The notes below the pieces were generated by a model that was not told the DNA's origin, ran no database searches, and saw only the letters and a list, made by a program, of their open reading frames with translations. Shown piece by piece: positions 24,865-37,575 of a stretch of DNA of 64,000 nt. This DNA is from Anolis carolinensis (taxonomy: Eukaryota), in the NCBI RefSeq assembly GCF_035594765.1, contig NC_085842.1:16654782-16718781 (forward strand), read 5' to 3'. Positions within the stretch are counted from its first letter, which is position 1. Each line of letters begins with the position of its first letter. Made by a program: the position numbers and the translations under genes.

Positions 24865-25744
24865 TATTGCACTTTCAATCAGAACTGGGACCTTACGTAT
24901 TATCAAAGAATTCAGACACAGGAGGTACCATTTTGCTTGGAGCATGGAAAATGTTATTTCTCACAACTTATGACAGTCATGAAAAATCACCATGTAATGG
25001 GAACCAAGTCAACAGCTGTTAAGGAGAAAGACCAATGGTACCCAACAGAACTAGGTAATGTATCAAAAATGTATTGGCTGATTAATAGCTATGGAAAAGG
25101 GGAAAATGGAGTTCAAAGCAAATCCTCATCTCAACTTAAGTATTTGCTTCCTTGTTTGAATAGTGAAGATTTGTAATATTAAATATAGGGTGTTTCAGAA
25201 AGATGGACCCGATTTGAAATGGTTGTATCTCTATAACTATGAACCACCCATGAATGGAAGTCTTACCTCTTCAAAGTGTGAGTCATAGAGTTTCAAACAA
25301 TTGCCACTAGTTGCCTCTCCCTGTGCACAAACAGCACAAACAATCATTCCCAAGATGGCAACTCCACAATACAAGCCTATTCATTTGCAGAGTTTTTTTT
25401 TTCAGGCTTGTTTCTGGCTTAAAATCCTTAGTAAAATTTGATAACTTGATAACTCATTAAACAGTTTGAAACTTCTCGTGTAATTGTAACATATTGCTGT
25501 TGTAAAATATGTAGACTGTCTTGAACTTGGGTCCATCGTTTTGAAACCCCTGCATCTCGTTCCTATCCCGCTGTAATGTCATATAAAGCTCCCTTTGCTC
25601 TTGGATATTGAAATATGATACTTTTGGTTTATTGGTTAATGGTAGATAGTAACTAAAATGCAATAAATTTTGTTAAAAATATAAATAGTTAAAAACCATA
25701 TACAGATCTATAGATATGGTTACACACTTCAGCTCAAACAATAA

Positions 25745-25881
25745 TCCTCACAACCCCTGAGGATGCCTGCTGTAGATGTGGGCGAAACGTCAGGAGAGAA
25801 TGCTTCTGGAACATGGCCATACAGCCCGGAAAACATACAACAACCCTGTGATCCTGGCCATGGAAGCCTTCGACAACACAA
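25745..25881 (+). mobile_element. Short Penelope pLTR insertion
   Basis: Matches the pLTR 3' end (gaatgcttctggaacatggccatacagcccggaaa...gccttcgacaacac). Confidence 0.8.
25753..25796 (+). ncRNA. Minimal hammerhead ribozyme motif (core intact)
   Basis: CUGAGGA 25757-25763, U, stem II GCCUGC/GUGGGC, GAAAC, GUC cleavage triplet 25789-25791, AGG; the first stem I pair is a C-A mismatch. Confidence 0.6.
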
Positions 25882-26194
25882 CAGCTTTTGAATTATTATA
25901 GGAAGAGAATCAACTCATTTGCAATGCGGGGCTGGAGAAGAAGTCTGGACTACTAAAAAGACAACTAAATGGGTCCTAGAGCAAAACAAGCATTAACTCT
26001 TCCTTTGGAAACCAAGGTGACTTAGTAGATACTATCATAAATATAAATACTATATTTATGAGAAGATAGACTCTCTAGAAAAGACAGTGATGCTTGGCAA
26101 CGTAGAAAGCAGGAAAAGAAGAAGGCTTGGAGGCCTCTCATTTATAGGGTTGCTGTAAGTTGAATTTGATTTGAGGGCAGTTAATATCAAATTC

Positions 26195-26410
26195 CTCCTG
26201 CCAACCTAGCAGTTCGAAAACATGCAAATGTGAGTAGATCAATAGGTACTGCTCTGGCAGGAAGGTAATGGCGCTCCATGCAGTCATGCCGGCCACATGA
26301 CCTGGAGATGTCTATGGACAATGCCGGCTCTTCAGCTTAGACATGGAGATGAACACCAACCCCCAGAGTTGGTCATGACTGGACTTAGCATCAGGGGAAA
26401 CCTTTACCTT
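26195..26410 (+). mobile_element. 5'-truncated Sauria SINE, adjacent to a decayed RTE/BovB-like fragment (~25920-26190)
   Basis: Core motifs and cctttacctt tail. Confidence 0.75.
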
Positions 26411-26834
26411 ACTAATATCAAATTCCATGCTTAAGTAAGAGGGATGTCCTTTACTATGCATGTCTGAAGAACATCCCTAGACCATCTGCGAAAGGTCATA
26501 TATACATAGTTGGGAAATATGTCAGTGATATGATAAAACTGAATAAATGTGCCATTTTCAACAATAAATATACAAAAGATTTATAAAGCTGCATGTTGGT
26601 TCTCCTGTCACACAATTGGTGACACAAATTCCATGGATCCTCTGGGGCACGCATGGCCCAACTTCGACCCTCCTTCTAGATCAGTGGTTCTCAACCTTCC
26701 TAATGCTGTGACCCCTTAATATAGTTCCTCATGTTTTGATGATTCCCCAACCATAACATTATTTTCGTCGCTACTTCATAACTGTAATTTTGCTACTGTT
26801 ATAAATCGTAATGTAAATATCTGATATGCAGGAT

Positions 26835-27283
26835 TTATTTATTTGCAGTATTTATATTCCACCCTTCTCACCCCAAAGGGGACTCAAGGAGGATCACAAT
26901 GTACATATACATGGCAAACATTCAATGCCATATGACATACAGAGACAGACAAAGACACAGAGGCAATTTTAACATGTTCCAGCTTCATGAGGGCATGCTC
27001 GGTTTTGGCCACAGGGGGAGCTGCTGCTTCATCATCCACTGTGACACCAAGTCCTTGATGAATACTTCCTCATTCCTTTCCACATGCTGCTGGACGATTT
27101 TTATGGTGTTGTAAATTAACATAAATTTCCTACTTGACAGATGCAACTGTCTTTCGGGTTGCTTAGGTCAAGAACAAGCTGGGCTATTTTTAATGATCAG
27201 GCACTCAATCTATGCAGGCTGGCTTCGAACTTATGGCTTTTCGGTCAGTAGTGATTTATTGCAGCTGGCTGTTAACCAGCTTC
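26835..27283 (-). mobile_element. tRNA SINE with an L2-derived tail, nested in a hAT/Charlie-like element starting ~26682
   Basis: L2-type tail at the left, gttcgaag B-box at the right; homologous to 37080-37575. Confidence 0.7.
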
Positions 27284-27894
27284 ATTCACTATTTTCATTC
27301 ACTGGATCAAATTTGGCACAAATTCCCAATACGCCCAAATTTGAATACTATGGGGTTGGGTGGATTTATTTTGTCATTTGGGAGTTGTGGTTGCTGGAAG
27401 GGTTTGGTGCTTCTGGAACATAGCCATACAGCCTGGAAAACTCACAGCAATGCAGTGATTACTGCCATGAAAGCCTTGGACAACAATTTGAAGAACTATC
27501 TAGGCAAAACAGGGATATGTTGTGAGTTAAATGAAAGAGTAATTATTACACTTTTTTTGGATTGGGTCTTGTTGTGGGGATGTATATCTTTAACTCTTTC
27601 ATCCTTGCATGCAACAATGCATCCTTACATCTGGGGGGCCAAAGTTTTCCCGTATTTGCTGTAGTGTATGTTTATTAAGGGGTTACTTTGTAATAATAAA
27701 ATTAAGAGGTCTGGATAGAATGTATCCTTGGCTCTGGTAACTGCTGCAAGGCTCATCCATTCCCTCGGCCAGCTGGGCTCTGGGCTCCTGCTCTCCGCTG
27801 TGGCTTCCAATGTTAATATAAATTTGACTGGGAGGCTGTGGTGGTGCTTGACATCAACAGGATGGGTGAGGTCTGGCTGGACAACAGTCCATGT

Positions 27895-28557
27895 GAGAAA
27901 GATCTTGCGGTCTTCGTATACAACAAGTTGAACACAAGCCAACAGTGTAATGCAGCAACTAAAAAAAAAACCAATGGGATTTGGGCTGCATCAGAAGGAG
28001 TCTAGTGTCTAGACTGATGAAATTCATGATGCCGTTGTATTCTGCTTTGGTTAGACTGCTTTACCTGGAACACTGTGTCCAGTTCTGGACAACACAGTTC
28101 AAAAGAGAGATTGACAAACTGGAAGGAGTCCAGAGGAGGGCAACTAACAGGATCAAAGTTCTGGAGACCATGAATCCTTATGAGTATCTTAAAGGGCTGG
28201 GTATATTTAGCCTGCAGAAGAGACGGCTGAGGGGAGACATGAGAGCCATATATAAAGACATGAGGAGGTATCATAAGGAAGAGGGACCAGGCTTGCTTTC
28301 CGCTGCCCTGGAAATTATGACTCCGAGACATGGGTTCAAATTACAAGAAAGGAGATTCCACCTGAAGATTAGGAAGAACTTCCTGACCGTATGAGCTCTC
28401 TTCCCTGGAGTGTGGTGGAAACTCATTCCTTGGAGGCTTTTAAACAGAGGCTGGGTGGCTATCTCTTGGGGGTGCTTTGTGCTTTTCCTCCATGGCAGAG
28501 GTTGGACTAGATGGCCCATGTGGCCTCTTCCAACTCTATTATTCTATGATTCTATGA
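27895..28557 (+). mobile_element. CR1 LINE 3' fragment
   Basis: LYSALVR..LEHCVQFW...LEGVQRRAT; attctatgattctatg tail. Confidence 0.85.
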
Positions 28558-28629
28558 AAGAAAGTGATGGATGAACTTTGTGAAAAGTTGGGTTAGTTTT
28601 GTGATGTACTATCACAAAAATAATCTATC

Positions 28630-29590
28630 ATCTATTGGACAGATGGCACGCTATTTAACCTCAGCTGACTGAAAGCCAAAACCAAGATCACCACAACATC
28701 TGTTATAGAACTCCAACATGCCGATGACAACATAGTCTGTGCGCATTCAGAAGAAGACCTACAAGCCACTCTAAACACCTTTGCAGAAGCATACAAGAAG
28801 CTCGGTCTCTCACTGAACATCGAGAAAAACAAAATGCTCTTCCAACAGGCACCAGCTAATCCCTCTGCAATGCCAGAAATGCAGTTTAATGGTGTCACAT
28901 TAGAAAACATTGCTCATTTCTGCTACCTTGGCAGCCACCTCTCCACAAAAGTAACATCGACACTGAAATACAACACCGCCTGAGCTCTGCGAGTGCAGCA
29001 TTTTTCCGATTGAAGCAGAGAGCGTTTGAGGGTCGGGACATCCATAGGGAGACCAAGGTGCTTGTTTACAAAGCCATTGTCCTCCCAACCCTGCTCTACG
29101 TCTGCAAAACGTGGACGGTCTACAGACATCACACTCAACTCCTGGAACATTTCCATCAGCGTTGCCTCTGAAGAATCCTGCAAATCTCTTGGGAAGACAG
29201 GCGGACAAATGTCAGTATGCTGGAAGAAGCAAAGACCACCAGCATTGAAGAGATGCTCCTATGCCATCAACTCCGCTGGACTGGCCACGTTGTCCGAATG
29301 CCCGATCACCGTCTCCCGAAGCAGTTGCTCTACTCCGAACTCAAGAACGGGAAACATAATGTTGGTGGGCAGGAAAAGAGATTTAAAGATGGGCTTAAAG
29401 CCAAGCTTAAAAACTGTGGCATAGACACCAAGAACTGGGAAGCCCTGGCCCTTGAGCGCTCTAACTGGAGGTCAGCTGTGACCAGCAGTGCTGTGGAGTT
29501 CAAAGAGGCACGAATGGAGGGCTTAAGGGAGAAACGTGCCAAGAGGAAGGCGCGTCAAGCCAACCCTGACCGGGACCGCCTTCTGACTTG
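28630..29590 (+). mobile_element. RTE-clade LINE RT fragment (pseudogenised)
   Basis: ELQHADDNIVCAHSEEDLQ (YADD motif mutated), YLGS, QLRWTGHVVRMPDHRLPKQLLYSEL; frameshifts and stops. Confidence 0.85.
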
Positions 29591-29639
29591 AAACAGATGT
29601 CCTCATTCCTGGCTGGCTTCGAATGGGTTAACACCAGGG

Positions 29640-29861
29640 AAAATGGCATTCCTAGAGTTTCAGGAAGTGAAGGGGTGGGAGGTAGGGGGCAGTACTTCCT
29701 CTTCCCAAGCCCCTCCCCTTCCGGCCATCTGTCCCAGGGAGTCCAGATGGACTGAGAAGAGGCTGCAGAAAGAGGTGTTTTGGGTCTGTCTCTCTCCATC
29801 TGTCCCTTCTGCAGGAGGGCAGACTCTGCTGTTGTTCTGCCCCAAGGAGAGCCTGGTGAGT
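29640..29861 (+). promoter_or_regulatory. Candidate promoter and non-coding exon 1 of gene B
   Basis: Unique GC-rich sequence with ETS-like CAGGAAGT and CTTCCGG; strong donor CTG|GTGAGT at 29855/29856, 2.4 kb upstream of the SCAN acceptor. Confidence 0.5.
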
Positions 29862-30029
29862 CCCTTCTCCAGATGATCTGGATTGTATTGAGTCTACACT
29901 GGGATATAATCCAGTTCAAAGGATTATATATGGCAGTGTGGATGGGGCATAATTACAGGAACCTAGTTACGAACAAGATATGATTCATGCAACATTTTAT
30001 TTTGGAAGACTAGGTGTATCAAGTGTATA

Positions 30030-30364
30030 AAAGGTAAAGCTAAAGGTTTCCCCCTGTCATTAAGCATAGACGCATCCGACTCTGGGGGTTGGTGCTCATC
30101 TCCATTTCTAAGCTGAAGAGCTGGCGTTGTCCGTAGACCCCTCCAAGGTCGTGGCCATAGGCATGGCTGCATGGGGCAGCGGCACCTTCCCACCGGAGCG
30201 GTACCTATTGATCTACTCACACTTGAATGTTTCAAACTGCTAGGTTGGCAGAAGCTGGAGCTAACAGCGGGTGCTCACTCCGCTCCCCGGATTCGAACCT
30301 GTGACCTTTCGGTCCGCAAATTCCGCAGCTTAGCTCCTTAACACGCTGCACCATCGTGGGCTCC
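30030..30364 (-). mobile_element. Sauria SINE
   Basis: Family motifs; TSD AGTGTATA. Confidence 0.85.
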
Positions 30365-30596
30365 AGTGTATATGAAACATAAATGCATGCTGTGTTTGGA
30401 CTTGGGCCCCATATCCCCCAAGAGATCTAATTAGGGATATCCAAATATACAGATAAGAGATGCTCAACCTGTACAGCAGGCATGGGCAAACTTCGGCCCT
30501 CCGGGTGTTTTGGACTTCAACTCCCACAATTCATAACAGCCTCCCGTATCCTCAGTCTCAGAAAATCCCATCATAGGTTAATCAGAATTTGTTGTT

Positions 30597-31034
30597 GGTT
30601 ATTCTATGCCAAGTGGTCCAAACCTTCCCACCATCATGTTGCCAATTTTGTTCAAATTTTAGCTGTAGCGCCAGTCAGGTGTTAAACTAAGTTTCCCCAG
30701 ATGTGAGGTCTCTAACTGCCATAGTTGCTGATCCAGACTTCCTTATCTGAAGGGTGTTCAGTCCTTGTGCACACGGCATTTAACAAAATGCCATTTTGGG
30801 GTCTGATAAAATCTACCAAAGTTCGAAGCCAGTTATTCAAAAAGATTCTACCTGAATATGCTTGTGAATAGTATCATCTAAAACAGAAAATTTCAGAGAA
30901 ATCGGATACACACGATGTATTTTGTATGCACTATATATAACATCTGACTGGTGCTACAGCTAAAATTTGAACAAAATTGGAGAACAGATGGGGGAAACTT
31001 TCTAAAATTTTAGGCCACTTGGCATGGAATGACA
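30597..31034. mobile_element. Non-autonomous DNA element with terminal inverted repeats (family not assigned)
   Basis: TTATTCTATGCCAAGTGG ... CCACTTGGCATGGAATGA inverted termini. Confidence 0.55.
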
Positions 31035-31353
31035 TTGTTTAGAAGTGCAAGACCCCTGCAAAAGTGAGAAAGCTATAACTTTTTTTTTAACTTGAGAGAA
31101 TACAGTACCTCTCTGAGAATCCGGGGTATTTCTGTGGTCAAAGTAGTCTTTCTAGGAATGTTTTCAAAGGCAATGTCCTGTGGGAGCAATAAAGCGAGGT
31201 ATAAATATTATAATAATATATAATATAAAATAATAATAAAACTTTATTTCTATCTTTCCCTATCTCCCTGATGGGGACTCAGTCTATGGGTTGCCCTCTA
31301 AGATTCAGAGGGCCCTTCTAGACAGGCCCTATATCCTAGGATCTGATCCCAGG

Positions 31354-32140
31354 TGCAAAGATGTCAGGAAGGGGGAGAAATCTTTTAAAAAATCCCACCT
31401 CTGACACCAATTGCGGAGATGTGGAGGAGTTTCTATTAATTTATCATATTTTATATTATCGCTGCCACCACTTATTGAAGATGTTTTTATTTTAAATGTT
31501 GCCACCAGAGATAAAGATGTTTATAATGCGGCCACCAGATGTTAAGGGGATTATCCACTATTGCCACCACTATTGGAAGATGTAGCCACTAGCTACTTAG
31601 AGAGGAGACTTTTTAAATTTTATTTTTCTTCTTTCTGGTTTACTTTTGATGGTAAAATAGATGTCAGAGACTTAGATGGTAGAGAGAACAATAACACGTT
31701 TATTGAGGCACAAGCTTAACGGTTACAATAACTACTTTTTAGAGGTACTTTGAATAACAGTTGCAAAGCTATACTGAGGTGTTTCAAACTTTAAAATACC
31801 ACTTCTTTCTCTACTGCTTTAACCTGCAGTCACCCTGTGAATTACAATCACAGCCTATCTGTTCCTTATCTGGAAACAGACTATCTTAAAATAAGTCACC
31901 AAACTTATTTTAAACTGACTCAAAATCAAACATTTGAGCCTCCCTGATCCCTTCACTGAGGATCAGCCTTCTCTGCACCTCAGAAGGGCACAGACTAACA
32001 GCTCTTTTTCAAACCTGCACTTTTCTACTGAAACGACAGTTGGCTCCGCCCACTTCTCCATGGCAACCAACTCATGGGTGCAAAGTAACTGAAATATTGA
32101 CCCTTTTAAAACACAACTAAACATGGCACATTTCATTACA
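31354..32140 (-). mobile_element. Solo LTR (787 bp) nested in a Harbinger-like MITE
   Basis: TG...CA termini, 5-bp TSD CCAGG (31349-31353, 32141-32145); the flanks rejoin into the MITE seen intact at 1242; - strand AATAAA at ~31700. Confidence 0.8.
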
Positions 32141-32421
32141 CCAGGTTTTCTGCTTTTAACTGGATTATATGAGTCTGCACTGCCAGATAATCTGAGATAA
32201 ACAGAAAACCTGGGATCAGATTCTGATCCCCTTGTCTCCTGAACAATCTCTCTCTACTTCGGCATTCATTGCAGCTCATTCACATAATTTCTTTGTTTCT
32301 TTCTAGGGTGCTTCATATACAGAAGTTTGGACCTTTTCATGCCTTGAGAGAGTCTGAAGAAATATATCACACACAAAACCCTTCTGCTTTGCTGGAATCT
32401 GCCTGGGAGCAGCGCCGAAAG

Positions 32422-32835
32422 ATGGAAGAGCAAGACTCAGCTGGTCCTGAGTTGGAAACCGGCTGTGCTGCCACTCCGCTTGCAAGCAATGGGGAGTCCT
32501 GGGAAAGTAACCCAAAGAAGAGCTTGTCAGAAGATGTACTCAGTTCAGATGTGCAAAGGCAGCTTTTTAGGAAATTCCACTACCAGGGAGCCAAAGGACC
32601 CCGAGAGACTTGCAGCCAACTCCACACTCTCTGTTGCTGGTGGCTGAAGCCAGAGCGATACACCAAGGCGGAGATGCTGGACCTGGTGCTCCTGGAGCAG
32701 TTCCTGACCATCCTGCCCTGGGAGATGTCAGCCTGGGTGCGAGAGTGTGGGGCAGAGACCAGTTCCCAGGCGGTGGCTTTGGTGGAGGGCTTCCTCCTGA
32801 GTCAAGCAGAAGGGACCAAGGATGAGGAGAAACAG
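32422..32835 (+). CDS. Gene B coding exon 1: SCAN domain (exon starts 32307)
   Basis: [12 protein letters not shown]...[51 protein letters not shown]; donor CAG|GTAAA, phase 0. Confidence 0.92.
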
Positions 32836-33190
32836 GTAAAAAAAATCATCTGCAGTATTTCAAACATAATGTAAAGAAGACCTTCTTTAATTTCCAGCAA
32901 AGTACAACTCCCATCTCTGTGGGACCACAACTTGCGGTTTCATTGCAGTGACAAAATATGTCCTCCCTAAGCATTTTCTAATTCCTTAAGGTGATTCTTC
33001 CTAGGATTGTTTGTTGAGTAGGGTTTGTTATTGCTTGAGATTTTTGCATATCCACTCCAAGGTTTTTAAGAGCAAGTCAGAGGGTGCTATGATTTTTAGC
33101 TTTGAATAATAATTTGAATACTGGATTTTGACTGAATTTTAATACTGTTATTTTTAATTCTGTTTTAATGTTTGCATAGTTGTATATTTG

Positions 33191-33521
33191 GAGCCTCTGG
33201 TGGCTCAGTGTGCTAAAGCACTGAGCTGCTGAACTTGCAGATCTAAAGGTCCAAGGTTCAAATCCCGGGAGTGGAGTGAGCGCCCGCTGTTAGCTCCAGC
33301 TTCTGCCAACCTAGCAGTTCGAAAGCATGCCAATGTGAGTAGATCAATATATACCGCTCCGGCAGGAAGCTAACGCCGTTCCATGCAGTCATGCTGGCCA
33401 CATGACCTGGAGATGTCTATGGACAATGCCAGTTCTTGGGCTTAGAAATTGAGATGAGCACCAACCCCCTGAGTCGGATACGACTGGACTTAACATCAGG
33501 GGAAACCTTTACCTTTTTACC
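33191..33521 (+). mobile_element. Sauria SINE
   Basis: Full length; TSD TATATTTG. Confidence 0.85.
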
Positions 33522-34047
33522 TATATTTGTTGTAATAGTCACATGGTTTTTATTGTTTTAATTTGATTTGGATACTGGCTTTTAATTGTGTTTTATGTTT
33601 GGTTTTACTACATTTGTATTATATATGGCATCTAATTCTGCCATTTTGTAAAACCGCTCTGGGTTCCCCCTGGGGGAGAAGATCGGTATATAAAATAAAT
33701 AAATACATATTTTAAATTATCTGGTCATACCTTTAATTGTAAGGCGTCTTAAGTTTTCTTCGGGAGAGATAAAGTGGGGTATAAATAAACATAATTATTA
33801 TCATCAGAAGTAATAGTAGTAGTCCTGGAACATATTGTATTTCATTGCATAATAGTCACCACCACATAATAACAACAACAACAACAATAATAATTACTAC
33901 TACTACTACGACTACTACTTTATTTGCAGCCCCCCTATCTCCCCAAGGGGACTCAGAGCAGTTTCCAACAGAAAAATGGCAAACATTCAATGCCAAAGAT
34001 GAACAATAACCGATAAACAACCAAACTAAAACCAATAAACAAAGCAA

Positions 34048-34290
34048 TATTTTTTCTTATGTCAGGAGCGACTTGAGAAACTGCAGGTCACTTCCACTGT
34101 GAGAAAATTGGCCGTCTGCAAGGACATTGCCCAGGGGATGCCCGGATGTTTGATGTTTTACCATCCTGTCGGAGGCTTCTCATAACCCCATAACCCAAGC
34201 TGGAGCTGACAGACAGGAGTTCACCTCACCGGATTCGAACTGCCAACTTTTCGGTCAGCAGTCCTGCCGGCACAAGGGTTTAACCCATTG
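34048..34290 (-). mobile_element. tRNA-derived SINE with A-rich tail
   Basis: Reverse complement of the family at 45821-46090. Confidence 0.75.
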
Positions 34291-34816
34291 TTAAACCATA
34301 TAAGAACTTATAACAACAAAACAAGATAATAATCGCTTCCCCCCCCCCCCCCCCATTTTAGGATCCCAAAATGTTTTCCCCTTTCCTCAGATAATCATTG
34401 CAGTGTTATAAAAGTTGAGGAACTCCCTTCCAAGGACAGTTTAAATCAGTGTTTCTCAAACTCCTCCAGGTGTGCTCCTCCAGGTGTTTTGGACTTCAGC
34501 TGTTAGGAACTTTGGTAACCAAATCCCAAAACAACTGGAGGAGCACAATTTGAGAAACTCTGGTTTAAATGAACAGTAAAACATAGAATTCAGCAAACAG
34601 AAGGCACTAATTCTATTTCATCGCATAATAGTCGCCCCCCCCCCCCCCAACAAAACGGGATAAAAGGTTTGACTATTATGCGATGAAATACAGTATACCC
34701 CATGGACATGGGGATTGTATTGTATTGTCTGAAGGTCATCAAATGATCATTTTCCCAACCCTGCTCCTGTACCCATCCCTCTCTTTTTGCAGTCATCCCT
34801 GCTTTTTCTTTTCCAG

Positions 34817-34919
34817 AACCTGTTTGCTCAAGAGGGCTCAGAAGCAAAGACGACAGTCTCAGACTCCGGACAGAAAACAGGGAGCACGGAGGAAAATGAT
34901 GGGGATGCCAGCTCATTGG
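34817..34919 (+). CDS. Gene B coding exon 2 (linker)
   Basis: TTCCAG| NLFAQEGSEAKTTVSDSGQKTGSTEENDGDASSL(G) |GTAAGG; phase 0 to 1. Confidence 0.8.
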
Positions 34920-35094
34920 GTAAGGAGGAGAGGGGCATTTTTCAGCTTCATTCCTCCCTCTTCCGATGTCTCATGTCCACAGACTAACCATGATCTGCCT
35001 CTTGGATTTGTGTAGCCTTCTACTGTGTCTTGAACAAGTCAGGTAAATGAAGCAAATCAATTAAGTAGAACGAAAGTTGGAAGAATGATAGTTG

Positions 35095-35545
35095 AATGTG
35101 CTGTTGAAGGCTTTCGCGGCCGGAATCACTGAGTTGCTGTGAGTTTGAGTTTTCTGGACTTATTGGCCATTTTCCAGAAGCAGTCTCTCCTGACGTTCCA
35201 CCCACATCTATGGCAGGCATCCTCAGAGGTTGTGAGGTCTGTTGGAAACTAGGCAGGTGGGATTTATATATCCATGGAAGGTCCAGGGAGGGAGAAAGAA
35301 CTCTTGTCTGTTGGATGCAAGTGTGAATGTTGCCATTGGCCACTTTGATTAGCATTGAATAGCTGTGCAGATTTAAAGCCTGGCTGCTTCCTGCCCAGGG
35401 GAATTCTTTGTTGGGAGCTGTTAACTGGCCCTGATTGTTTCCTGTCTGGAATTCCCCTGTTTTCTGAGTGTTGTTCTTTATTTACTGTCCTGATTTTAGA
35501 GTTTATTTTAATACTCGTAGCCACATTTTGTTCATTTTCATGTCC
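35095..35545 (-). mobile_element. Penelope-like element 3' end/pLTR
   Basis: pLTR family sequence; hammerhead with GAAA changed to GGAA. Confidence 0.8.
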
Positions 35546-36363
35546 TAAAATAAGGACAGGATTGGATTATTCAGATTTGATAAACAAAGCTCTTCAGTAG
35601 GTAGATGGAGTGACAGCACCTCCTATTGGTCAGAACCGAGCACAAGCCTCCATAAAGCCAAAGTTGGGAAAGCCTATATATCTCTCTATCCATGTTCAAA
35701 TTGTCTGTCTTGTCTGTATAAAATGGCATTGAATGTTTGCCATATATTGTTTGTTGTGTGACCCGCCCTGAGTCCCTTCGGGTTGTGAAGGGCTGAATAT
35801 AAATGCTGTAAATAATAAAATAAATAATTCTAGGCATCTCTCTGTCCTCTAGTGTGACTCTGGTCAATTTTTTCTAGTCATTCTGGAGGACCTAGACATT
35901 TCTAGAGGGGACAAGTCTCTAGGAATTTCTAGGTCATCCAGTGGTGTTCTATAATTAGCTCCCAGTGGAAACTGACCATGGAACCATGTTGAAAGATGTA
36001 GAAAATATTCTCTAGGGTAAAAAAAAAACAAAAAGGAAATATCCTTATTTGCCATTTTTCACTTTCATGGGAGTTCTGAGCCCTTAACCCCAGCAAAGCT
36101 GGAGCGTCGATTGTATTTCTTAAGATGATTGCTAAGTTTCATGGACTTTAGCCAACCTTTCCCAGATGGCAGTCTTCAGTATAGTTTCCTTTAAAAATTC
36201 CATAACTTTTTCTATCTCTACTAATCTTCTTGGTTCCTTTGAATCCCCGAAGCTTACCTAATATCTTGGGGCTGCTTATATTTATGTGTGTTTTGAAAAA
36301 AAAATACGAATAGGAATTAGGGGCATTGCCAAACTTTATCTTTTCCTTTTTTGCTTTTCACAG

Positions 36364-36437
36364 GAGGGGAAACAACACCACCGAGTCACAGCAACTTGTT
36401 TGAGGACATGAGAACATCTTCAGTGAATCTGGATCAG
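36364..36437 (+). CDS. Gene B coding exon 3 (pre-KRAB linker)
   Basis: CACAG| GGETTPPSHSNLFEDMRTSSVNLDQ |GTAAAG; phase 1 to 0. Confidence 0.8.
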
Positions 36438-36744
36438 GTAAAGGCAGGAACCAAGAAAAGGCCAAGAAATGAGTAGTTTAGATGCCCTTGTTCCTGGAAC
36501 ATCGTAAGTCTGGCAGATTTGCATGGGGAGATGCGATCTTTCAAAAAGGCGAAAGATTTATACGATCTGAAGAGAAACCAGAGGAGATGCGATCTTTCAG
36601 ATACTCTGGGACCAAGCCACACAGGACCTTATAGGTCTTGATCTTGACCTATGTACCCAGGAAAGAACTAGTATTGTTGGGCACCTCTAAATTACCCAGT
36701 TTTCTTATCGGGTAAGGATTAGTTTTTTCCCCTTCACTCCTTAG

Positions 36745-36865
36745 GTGACCTTTGAGGAAATAGCTGTGGATTTCAGCGAGGAGGAGTGGGCCCTGCTGGA
36801 TCCGGGACAAAGGGCCCTTCATACAGAAGTGATGTCAGAGAATCTGGCCATCATGGCCAATCTGG
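36745..36865 (+). CDS. Gene B KRAB-A exon
   Basis: [40 protein letters not shown](G); 121 nt; canonical splice sites. Confidence 0.92.
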
Positions 36866-37079
36866 GTAAGGCTCCTTCTTTTTTATGACTGATGGAATCG
36901 AGTGCAAAAAACATCACTCTGGCTGTTCTGTCCCCCAAACTAATTCTTAAAGATGCTCTAATCTCACCAGAAACAGAGTTGGATTTACACAGGTGAACAG
37001 TAAACAAATAATTTAGTAAGATAATAATGGTCAGATCCTAATTCCTCCTCGGACTAACAACTAAAATGTGTAGGAAAAG

Positions 37080-37575
37080 TTTATTTATTTATTTACAGTA
37101 TTTATATTTTGCCCTTCTCGCCCCGAAGGGGACTCAGGGCAGATCACAATGTACACATAAAAGGCAAACATTCAATGCCATTAGACATACAGACAGAGAG
37201 ACGAAGACACAGAGGCTATTTAACTTTTCTCCAGCTTCCAGGCTTCTTGAGGGTATGCTTGATTCACAGGGGGTGCTACTGCTTCATCATCCACTGTGAC
37301 ACCAAGTCCTTTGATGGATTGCTTCCTCATTCCTTTCTGCATGTTCTTGGATGATTTTTATGGTGTTGTAAATTAGTTAAATTAGCCTCCTAAATTTTCC
37401 TACTTGATAGATGCAACTATCTTTCAGGTTGCTTAGGTCAACAATGAGCTGGGCAATTTATTTTTTTAATGGTCGGGTGCTCACTCCGACTCGGGCTGGC
37501 TTCGAACTCATGACCTCTCAATCAGTAGTGATTTATTGCAGCTGGCTACTAACCAGCTGTGTCACAACCTGGCTC
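37080..37575 (-). mobile_element. tRNA SINE with L2-derived tail
   Basis: Same family as 26835; (TAAA)n tail. Confidence 0.75.

Noticed and set aside
29643-29876. 77-aa ORF as a coding first exon of gene B
   Set aside because: It ends in phase 0 at the donor while the SCAN exon acceptor needs phase 2; treated as non-coding or a uORF.
33191-33275. tRNA genes
   Set aside because: A/B-box sequences here and elsewhere are heads of tRNA-derived SINEs, not full cloverleaves.
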